The notes under the pieces are model-generated. The model was not told where the DNA came from. It made no database searches and saw only the letters and a program-made list of their open reading frames with translations. A DNA stretch of 22,610 nt, from NCBI GenBank assembly GCA_040755315.1, contig JBFMBF010000019.1:1-22610 (forward strand), in the 5' to 3' direction. The number at the start of each line of letters is the position of its first letter. Positions within the stretch are counted from its first letter, which is position 1. Positions 16,157 to 22,610 of this stretch are shown piece by piece. The DNA comes from Candidatus Hadarchaeota archaeon. Its GTDB lineage: Archaea > Hadarchaeota > Hadarchaeia > Hadarchaeales > Hadarchaeaceae. The translations under genes were made by a program, and so were the position numbers.

Positions 16157-16182
16157 GTTAACAAAATCGTTAACTTTATAAG
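16157..16182 (+). promoter_or_regulatory. Palindromic operator plus TATA box of module 2
   Basis: GTTAAC-AAAATC-GTTAAC (16157-16174) directly abuts TTTATAAG (16175-16182). Confidence 0.7.
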
Positions 16183-16212
16183 TGTTGCAATGAAGTGTAT
16201 TTTGGTGTCGAG

Positions 16213-17115
16213 ATGAAACCCTACTTGAGGCTCTGCGAGGGGCTTTCCGGGTCAAAGTTTACATTAGCGGATGCACGAAAAGCGCTGGGTGTCCAACCAA
16301 GTTCGACAAAGGTTATCCTCTCTAGACTGAAGAGCGCCGGGCTGATCCTGCCAGTTGGTCGGGGCAGGTACAGGCTAATTGGGCGGGAAAATCTTGCAAA
16401 GCTCCAAGAGATTAAGGAGCGAGACAAGAAGATGTACCAGCTTGTACTGGGAGTCTATCAGAAGTACCATGATTTAAAAGCGCTCGTGCTGTACGGCTCC
16501 AGAATCTCCGGCACCGCAGATGCATTCAGCGACTACGATGCGATGGTGATAACGGATGCCATCCACGACAGGAGTGATAACAAAAAGATTGAGCGCGAGC
16601 TGGCGGAGGAACTCGGAATCAAGGTTCACCTGGCCGTCTACTCCAAAAGGGGAGTCATGATCTCCGCCATGACCGAGCCGCACCTCAAATTTTGGATGAA
16701 CAACGCTGTGGTGCTGGCTGAAGACAGGTGGCCAACGCCCCTTCCGCCAACCGCGAAATGGGGATACAAAGAGGCGCTGTACATGGCAGAGGGGTATATT
16801 GACGTTGGCGGCGAAGATCAAGGAAGCTTTAGGGTTACTTGTTACCTGTTAGCGCTGAAGCTGATACTGATGGTCGAACACGCGCTTAAACTGGATTACG
16901 ACTATGAAAACGTGCGGAAGGAAATGGAGTATCTGGTAGGCAAGAACACCGTTCTGGCCGTGAGAAGAGACCACCTTTCACCGAAGGGCGTGAGGAAAAA
17001 ACAAATCGAGAAGCTGGGGAGAATCGTGCGAAAAAGGTTGAAGGAGTTGAGAAACAAGCTCGACCTGATTGGGGAGAACGAGTCAGACCTGCGATGGAAG
17101 GAGATGAGGGGATGA
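16213..17115 (+). CDS. wHTH + MNT + C-terminal helical domain protein (module 2, large gene)
   Basis: FTLADARKAL...KVILSRLKSAG...VGRGRY. VLYGSRISGTADAFSDYDAMVI. Collinear with 12531..13409 (EP...FW, K.G..EAL, HAL.LD[FY]DY.NV..E, GE...DL). Confidence 0.85.
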   Translation: MKPYLRLCEGLSGSKFTLADARKALGVQPSSTKVILSRLKSAGLILPVGRGRYRLIGRENLAKLQEIKERDKKMYQLVLGVYQKYHDLKALVLYGSRISGTADAFSDYDAMVITDAIHDRSDNKKIERELAEELGIKVHLAVYSKRGVMISAMTEPHLKFWMNNAVVLAEDRWPTPLPPTAKWGYKEALYMAEGYIDVGGEDQGSFRVTCYLLALKLILMVEHALKLDYDYENVRKEMEYLVGKNTVLAVRRDHLSPKGVRKKQIEKLGRIVRKRLKELRNKLDLIGENESDLRWKEMRG

Positions 17116-17426
17116 GCAGAAAAGATGACATAAGAAGGATATCAAGTTTTGTGGGGAACTCCGCGGCACACGTCGCAATTTACCGCGAGGGGGCTGAAAA
17201 AGAAGTCGGTACATACATGGAGATTGCGTCGGAGATAGCGGAAAAGAGGACATGGAACGAACGAGAGATTGAGGATTTTAAAGAACTGGCGACACGGCGG
17301 GCGAGCAGCGTGTTAAAGGAGCGAATCAAGAGGGGAGACCTCGATGAGAAAGAGTTTGACGGGACCCTGAAAGGTGCTCGAATATACATCGATAAATTTG
17401 CGGACGAAGAGCTTTCTAGGAAATAG
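17112..17426 (+). CDS. Uncharacterised 104-aa helical protein (module 2, small gene)
   Basis: ATGA start/stop overlap with the upstream gene. Shares GNSAAH.A.Y, E.G.Y.E.A, R[ST]WN.R, A.RRA.S and ID.F with 13402..13707. Confidence 0.85.
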   Translation: MSRKDDIRRISSFVGNSAAHVAIYREGAEKEVGTYMEIASEIAEKRTWNEREIEDFKELATRRASSVLKERIKRGDLDEKEFDGTLKGARIYIDKFADEELSRK

Positions 17427-17513
17427 GCATCCATTGTTGTGTGTTATGAGATTCAAGCGAAAGGCGGAGCCCATCCAAGGCGTCGGGCCTCAGGGAAATG
17501 CTGGGTTTTGAAA

Positions 17514-17591
17514 AACGAGCGGGAAGAGGAACGATATCTGAAGAAGGCGGAGGAGTTCATCGACAATTTTGTAGGCTCGAAATTGGACTAG
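17514..17591 (+). pseudogene. 3' remnant of a third copy of the small module gene
   Basis: Encodes NEREEERYLKKAEEFIDNFVGSKLD*, 20/25 aa identical to the C-terminus of 13402..13707. The 5' part is missing or eroded. Confidence 0.85.
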
Positions 17592-17875
17592 ATGTTTCAA
17601 GCGATCCGGTACACCCATGTCACTTTTTTAGACCAGACGTGATACAGTATTTGGCGCAGGCAACCGCCTGGGAAACAGCAGGTGCACCGGATGAAAGCCC
17701 GCGGCGGACCAATGCGGCTCAGACCGCTCAGACCCCCTCAGGGGGGACGCTCCGGCTTGCGGCTATACCTGCGCCTTGTGGTGGCAAGGTCACCTCGCCA
17801 CGCTATGCACGCTGATATCGCTGGGGAGATAAGGCAGTACACGAAAGTAGGTTGTGTGGTCAGTTGGTGAATGAG

Positions 17876-19423
17876 ATGAAAAAGGTTGGCAGGAACGATC
17901 AGTGCCCCTGCGGGAGCGGCAGGAAGTACAAAAAGTGCTGCCTGCCTAGGGAGCGGGCCGCCGGGGCCGGTGCAGGATTACTACACGACTGTCTGGGGCG
18001 AATGACTGATTGGATTTTCAGCAACGAGATGCTGGCGGACGAGTTCAGATCCGTGGCGGACGATTTTATGCGGGACAGCCCCCTCGATGAATTCGGGATG
18101 GCATTGCTCTCTGACGCTTTCATTTTCGACCACAAACTACCGGGGAAAAACATGACTCCGTTCGAATTTTTCATGGAGAACGCCCAGCTGTCACCCGACG
18201 AACGCTCGGTCTACGAGGGTTTCTCTAGGAACACCCACAGCATCTTTGAAATCCTCGAGGTGCGGCGCGACGAGGGCCTCGTGCTGAAGGATCTCATCGG
18301 CGAGGGGGAGTACTGGGTGAAGGAGAGGAGGGGGACACATGGTGCCGCACAGGGCGGCATCGTGTGCTGCAGGATCGCGCCGTATGGGGGCCATTTCATC
18401 ATGTTGGGGGTGGGGACGCTGTCGTGGCCCCGGGACGTGGGATATCTGTTCAGGCGAGGTTCGAGATATCTCAGAACCAAGGCGAAGGAACGCCCTCTGA
18501 CCGCTTTCGATGCGCTGAGGCTCCTGACGGGGATGGAATCCAATGAGGAGGAAAGCTTGGAAGACGCGAAGGATGCGCTGAAACGGAAGCTGGACCGATT
18601 GGGGCTGAAGGTGGATTTTCGAACACTTGCGAAGCGCATCAACGAATCCAAGAACCCACAGGAGGCCTTCCCAGAGATTTTCGAGTTTGATTTCCTATCC
18701 ATGCGGGACTTTCAAGAGACGATGGACCTACTGCAAGACCTCTGGAACAAATTTCCCCGGCGCGAGTTCGGCGGCTTGGCACCCTCCGCGAAGTTTCAAC
18801 CTGGTCCAAAAGAGAGCATGCTATTCCAGACCCTTTTAGCGGAATCGCAAAGGAGCATCGATCCCGACAAGTACCCAACGGCAAATGACGCGCAAAAAGC
18901 TGTTAATGAGTTCAGCGATAAATGGCTCAAGACGCCGCAGGAGGAGTTGGGGCAGAGAACACCCATGGACGTGATTTTAGAGGAAAGGGCGGCACTGGGG
19001 GACCCAAGAAAGGAGTTCGGCATGCAAATTCAAATATCCCGGATCCACGATTATGATGTCAACAAGGCCAAAAAACTTTATCGCGATGGCCTTGAGGCGT
19101 GTAAAAGCGGCGCTTGGTTCAAGGCAATGGAATTTTTTGAAGAGGTGACAGAGATGTATCCTGAACACTATAAAGCTTGGGGAAACCTCGGCAGCTGTCA
19201 CGCTAATCTCGGATCCAAGAGGGATGCAATCAAGTGTTACAAAAAAGCACTGTCAATCGAGCCGAACTATGAGGTCGCCAAAAGGAATTTGGCTGCCATC
19301 AAAGATGCAAAAGAGGAAGACTTGGCGATGCTTGGGTTGGCGAGAACAATAAAAGGTCTTCAGCGATCAATGAGCGCCAGAAGATCTGGGCGAAAATACA
19401 AACGTGCTGAAAACAATGAATAA
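17876..19423 (+). CDS. SEC-C motif + Xre/MbcA/ParS-C-like motif + TPR protein
   Basis: KVGRNDQCPCGSGRKYKKCC. WLKTPQEELGQRTPMD. TPRs AWGNLG..H..LG...DAIKCYKKALSIEPNY. GGTGA ribosome-binding site before ATG 17876. Confidence 0.8.
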   Translation: MKKVGRNDQCPCGSGRKYKKCCLPRERAAGAGAGLLHDCLGRMTDWIFSNEMLADEFRSVADDFMRDSPLDEFGMALLSDAFIFDHKLPGKNMTPFEFFMENAQLSPDERSVYEGFSRNTHSIFEILEVRRDEGLVLKDLIGEGEYWVKERRGTHGAAQGGIVCCRIAPYGGHFIMLGVGTLSWPRDVGYLFRRGSRYLRTKAKERPLTAFDALRLLTGMESNEEESLEDAKDALKRKLDRLGLKVDFRTLAKRINESKNPQEAFPEIFEFDFLSMRDFQETMDLLQDLWNKFPRREFGGLAPSAKFQPGPKESMLFQTLLAESQRSIDPDKYPTANDAQKAVNEFSDKWLKTPQEELGQRTPMDVILEERAALGDPRKEFGMQIQISRIHDYDVNKAKKLYRDGLEACKSGAWFKAMEFFEEVTEMYPEHYKAWGNLGSCHANLGSKRDAIKCYKKALSIEPNYEVAKRNLAAIKDAKEEDLAMLGLARTIKGLQRSMSARRSGRKYKRAENNE

Positions 19424-19681
19424 AAGACCGCTGGTGTACGGACCGGGACAGGTGGGTCTTGGGGGTTCTGAGGAAAGATGAACGATAACCGCAGAGGCGG
19501 ACATCCGTGTTTCGGTGGATGATAAAAGTCTGGCGGCGGATTTACAGGAGTGTGGAAGTGGAGAATTTCTAAAGCCTCTGCTTGAGCTTCCAAAGGGGGC
19601 AAAATAAAATCTTGGTCCGCCATGAAACTAGTGGAATCTTTTCTTTGAAAACCATCAAGAAGCACACGGTTTTTGAGAGGG

Positions 19682-19704
19682 CTTTCTACTTTTCCCACCA
19701 TCCC
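19682..19704. repeat. Internal copy of the island right-end arm
   Basis: CTTTCTACTTTTCCCACCATCCC versus CTTTCTACTTTTCCAACCATCCC (22390-22412): 22/23 identical, both preceded by AGGG. Confidence 0.9.
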
Positions 19705-19751
19705 ACGAAAGGATATTAAACGGCCGCAATAACTTTAGAAAGGAGATAGAA

Positions 19752-20291
19752 ATGGCAGAAATAATCGAGATTAAAAAGACCGAGCTTGACAGAGAATTCA
19801 GGCGGAGAGTTGGAATGCTGCTGGACTCCGCCGAGAAGGAAGTGGCAATCATCACGGGCGAGGGCGCCGCGTTCGGCTATTACGACCTGAGGCTCGCGAC
19901 GGAGCGCGCGGTTGCTCGGGGCGTAAAAGTGAGAATTTACACCACCAACCCCGTCCCAGAATTTCTGAACAAGGTTATGATGCTGGGCTGCAAGGTCTAC
20001 CGCGGGAAGGAGATGACGAAAGACCATTTTATGGTGGCCGACGGGAAGAACTGGGCGGTCTCAAAGGCACACCCCCCTAGAGCGATCGGCGTAAGGCACG
20101 GGCAGGTCAGCCTCGGCGACAGAGGGGGTGCAGAAAAGGTTCAGAAAGAGTTCGGCCGCCTCGCCAGTAAGGCCGAGGAAGTGAAGGAGCCGATGTGGGA
20201 CGAGGACCCGCTCGTCCAGGCGCTCCGGCATCCAAAAAGCTGGGGCGTAAAAACCGACTCAAGACGGTTCAGGGAAGAACTGTACAGGTGA
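19752..20291 (+). CDS. Degenerate PLD-fold (TrmB-like) protein with antitoxin-like C-terminal tail
   Basis: LLDSAEKEVAIITGE, AVARGVKVRIYT, DHFMVADGK (HKD motif degenerate). AAGGAG ribosome-binding site. Confidence 0.65.
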   Translation: MAEIIEIKKTELDREFRRRVGMLLDSAEKEVAIITGEGAAFGYYDLRLATERAVARGVKVRIYTTNPVPEFLNKVMMLGCKVYRGKEMTKDHFMVADGKNWAVSKAHPPRAIGVRHGQVSLGDRGGAEKVQKEFGRLASKAEEVKEPMWDEDPLVQALRHPKSWGVKTDSRRFREELYR

Positions 20292-20731
20292 GCTTCTTGA
20301 AGGTTCTGATAGACGCCGGGCCTTTCATCGCCCTCCTGAACAAGGACGACCCGAACCACCAAAACGCCGTAGAGCAGTTCGACAGAATATACTGGACAAA
20401 GGGGATTTGCTTCACGTCAGACTATGTGCTGACCGAGGTGCTGGCGTACGCCACCAGGAAGACAAAAAGTCCGGAAGTCGTACTGGAGATGGACAGGCTC
20501 ATACAGGGAAGCGGGAACATCCACATGCTGAAGGTCGACGGGGCGGCGCTCGGGGACGCCAAGGCGTTTTTGAAAAAATACCCCAAGTTGCTCCTCTCCC
20601 TGACTGACTGGACATCAATCGCGCTGGCGGTGGAACACGGGATTGGAAAAATATACTCCTACGATTCCGATTTCGACCAGTTGATGTCGACTCCAGAGTT
20701 CAGGCACATCAGGCGCGTGGAAGAGATTTAA
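20288..20731 (+). CDS. vapC: PIN-domain ribonuclease toxin (VapC family)
   Basis: VLIDAGPFIAL...D.NH, TSDYVLTEV, LSLTDWTSIALA, IYSYDSDFD. The GTG start overlaps the upstream TGA (GTGA). Confidence 0.9.
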   Translation: MSFLKVLIDAGPFIALLNKDDPNHQNAVEQFDRIYWTKGICFTSDYVLTEVLAYATRKTKSPEVVLEMDRLIQGSGNIHMLKVDGAALGDAKAFLKKYPKLLLSLTDWTSIALAVEHGIGKIYSYDSDFDQLMSTPEFRHIRRVEEI

Positions 20732-20773
20732 CGTGACGGCGCCACACCATTGGTTCGCGCGCCGCATCGAAGA

Positions 20774-21121
20774 TTATTTGCGTTTCCATGTAAATCGGCA
20801 TGTGTCTGACTTGTGGTAGCGCATTTCACCAGTTAGAGTGTCTGGGGCAGTCAAAGTTGCGATACCAAATCCGTGGACAGGATCCATCTCATCATTCCCC
20901 TCGAAAGTGAATGTAATTCGAGACGCCCCGTTTTCTGCGACCTCCACTTTACCATCCAATTCGCCTGATTGAACGCCGAATTGGTAGGTTCCATCAACCT
21001 CTCCCGTTTTAGAAACTTTGAGCAGCACGTGGGGGTCTGGTGTCAGATGGATGTAATCTTCAGACAAATCTGGCAGCTCCACGACGCGCCATTTGCCAGT
21101 TAGTGTTTTCTTTCCACTCAT
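20774..21121 (-). CDS. Hypothetical all-beta (lipocalin-like barrel) protein
   Basis: LTGKWRVVE...GTYQFG...ITFTFEGNDEMDPVHGFG.A.L...DTLTG...H..D...F. ATGA-coupled to the upstream gene. Confidence 0.7.
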   Translation of the reverse strand: MSGKKTLTGKWRVVELPDLSEDYIHLTPDPHVLLKVSKTGEVDGTYQFGVQSGELDGKVEVAENGASRITFTFEGNDEMDPVHGFGIATLTAPDTLTGEMRYHKSDTCRFTWKRK

Positions 21122-22275
21122 TGTTGTCCTTCTTTGTGTGGTATCATCAAATAATCGGGTGACCGCTCTTGCCTGAATCTCTCCCCGCCCTTGAAAAAGT
21201 CCCTCAGGAACTCCAGATAGTCCCGTCCGTGGCCCTGCTCCCTGTGTCTTTTCACGGAGTTCAGGACGTGACTTATGCACGCCGAAACCTCGCCTTTCGT
21301 GTAGCGTAGACCCGACAGCCTGAAAATCTCCAGCTTCAGCCCCGTGATGAACCTCCGCTCGAGTTCGTTTTTACCCTCGTAGTCTTTCCAGATCCCGTCC
21401 CTCACGTTCTTCAGGAGTTCCATCACGTCTCCGTCCCTGAGCGACTGGTTTTCCTCATACTCTGTGAAGATCAGTTGCTCTATCGAGAACAGGAGGGGCA
21501 GGTATTCTCCCCTGTGGCTGTCGTCTATTATGGGTCTTGGTCCATCTGGCACGAGTTCCGCGGGGCTGGAGTCTAGTAGTCCCCGAAGCATGAATGTGGC
21601 CCAGAGCTCGTGTTGCTTCATGTCTCTTTCCCTCATTTCTCTTTGGTAGCCGTCTTTGTCGGTTATGAACTTGTGCAAGTCCTTCAGACCAAGCTTGCTG
21701 GGCCTAGTAAGGTTCTTCAGCCCAAGAAGTCGCTCCACCATCCTAAGCGAGCTTTCCTTCTCCCCGGTACTCACCAGCAACCAGACAAAATGGGCCAAGT
21801 CGAACCAGCGCTCGTAGCGGTCCTGATTAGCCGAAAAATCGTTGAGGATTTTTTCGATGAACTCCCTTGCCCCACGCCCGTTGAGCGCTTCGACCAGCCA
21901 GCGGTTGTACGCTTCTTTTCCGAAGTCTTCCTCGAGCGCCCTGATTACAGGGGTGGTGGCTGGGTCCCCAAAATCGAAAAGAATGCTCGACGCCTCCTCA
22001 CAAAGATCATCCTCGTCGTTCTTCACCAGAAACTGGATCAAGGGCGGGATGAACCTCTCATCCCTCGACATCCAAATCATCCTGAGAATCAATTCGAGGA
22101 CGGAATAAGAGGAGGATGGATCGGCGAGTATCTGAGAGAGCGGCCCCATAGCCGCGTCCACGTGGTTCAAAAACTCTGAGATTAACTCATGCTGCACCCG
22201 TTCGATTTCGCCCCAGGGCTTTTCTTCCGACAGCGCCTCTATGTTTTTCAGTTTCTCGAAGTCTAATGACATCAC
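21118..22275 (-). CDS. Hypothetical helical protein with HEAT-like repeats
   Basis: 385-aa ORF. DERFIPPLIQFL....DDLCEEASSIL..FGDPA..PVIRAL is HEAT-like. Start at GTG 22275 or ATG 22272. Confidence 0.7.
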   Translation of the reverse strand: MMSLDFEKLKNIEALSEEKPWGEIERVQHELISEFLNHVDAAMGPLSQILADPSSSYSVLELILRMIWMSRDERFIPPLIQFLVKNDEDDLCEEASSILFDFGDPATTPVIRALEEDFGKEAYNRWLVEALNGRGAREFIEKILNDFSANQDRYERWFDLAHFVWLLVSTGEKESSLRMVERLLGLKNLTRPSKLGLKDLHKFITDKDGYQREMRERDMKQHELWATFMLRGLLDSSPAELVPDGPRPIIDDSHRGEYLPLLFSIEQLIFTEYEENQSLRDGDVMELLKNVRDGIWKDYEGKNELERRFITGLKLEIFRLSGLRYTKGEVSACISHVLNSVKRHREQGHGRDYLEFLRDFFKGGERFRQERSPDYLMIPHKEGQQ

Positions 22276-22490
22276 TGACCACTATTCCTCTTCCCCGATA
22301 AGTATCTTCTAGGGGGCAGTGCGAACGCAAGTGCTGGGAGCTGGCCACATCAGACGTGTTAATGAGATTTGACTGCCGCTGGGCAGGGACTTTCTACTTT
22401 TCCAACCATCCCGCCCGGGGCACCAAACTAGACCGGTAGTTTAATAAGTTATTTAGTTATTTATTTATATAGAATACGGTGGCGGTGTGA

Positions 22491-22610
22491 ATGAAGCCAT
22501 GGGAAGTCGAGGAGACGGTCAGGCGATTCCGGCGCATGAGCGGTTCGGATAGCGTCGAGCTCGGGTTGGACCTAAGCGAGGGCGCCGCTAGAATATTCGC
22601 GAATTCGTTG
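22491..22610 (+). CDS. Start of a small helical protein (runs off the window)
   Basis: MKPWEVEETVRRFRRMSGSDSVELGLDLSEGAARIFANSL is open to the window end. AT-rich TATA-like region at 22440-22472 and GGTG upstream. Confidence 0.5.
   Translation, partial: MKPWEVEETVRRFRRMSGSDSVELGLDLSEGAARIFANSL

Larger units (their letters stand above)
16133..22425. mobile_element. ~6.3-kb integrase-less genomic island at the tRNA-Glu 3' end
   Basis: Exact 18-bp direct repeat ATCCCGCCCGGGGCACCA at 16133-16150 and 22408-22425. The content is TA-like and hypothetical genes. Confidence 0.8.

Noticed and set aside
17424..17591. The remnant is in frame with the TAG stop of the module 2 small gene (pyrrolysine or amber readthrough?)
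   Set aside because: One-in-three chance. The intervening peptide is poorly conserved, the paralogue ends at an equivalent position, and there is no pyl machinery in the window.
19416..19607. Short frame with an internal TGA (MNKRPLVY...EER*TITAEAD...LPKGAK*), selenoprotein or pseudogene?
   Set aside because: No recognisable family, redox motif or SECIS element. At most an unidentifiable gene remnant.

Overview
Archaeal chromosomal DNA: class I LysRS, archaeal SRP RNA, tRNAs with bulge-helix-bulge (BHB) introns, TATA/GGTGA signals. The lineage looks Euryarchaeota-like (Hadarchaeota is possible but cannot be proven from this window). Left half (1-12 kb), mostly housekeeping: a secreted Ig-like protein; an ArsR-type HTH + MinD/ParA operon behind a 23-bp-periodic palindrome array; CBS protein; stand-alone XPF nuclease; lysS; DUF998; nucleotidyltransferase; flavin reductase; cutA; site-2 protease-SAMP-NcsA/TtuA; an AT-rich FkbM gene; SRP RNA. 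Right half: tRNA-Ser(GCT) with a non-canonical intron, tRNA-Val(TAC), and tRNA-Glu(TTC) with two introns. The 3' ends of tRNA-Ser and tRNA-Glu are each duplicated downstream, delimiting two integrase-less islands of about 1.45 kb and 6.3 kb. Each island begins with a paralogous, translationally coupled gene pair: a wHTH-nucleotidyltransferase-helical protein plus a ~100-aa 'GNSAAH...WN' protein. Both pairs have the palindrome TAAC-N6-GTTA at their promoter. This tRNA-anchored, toxin-antitoxin-like module is the best candidate for an undescribed system. The Glu island also has an internal eroded attachment site, a remnant third copy of the small gene, and a PLD-fold protein coupled to a VapC/PIN toxin. 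All family calls come from reading motifs by eye, not from database searches.
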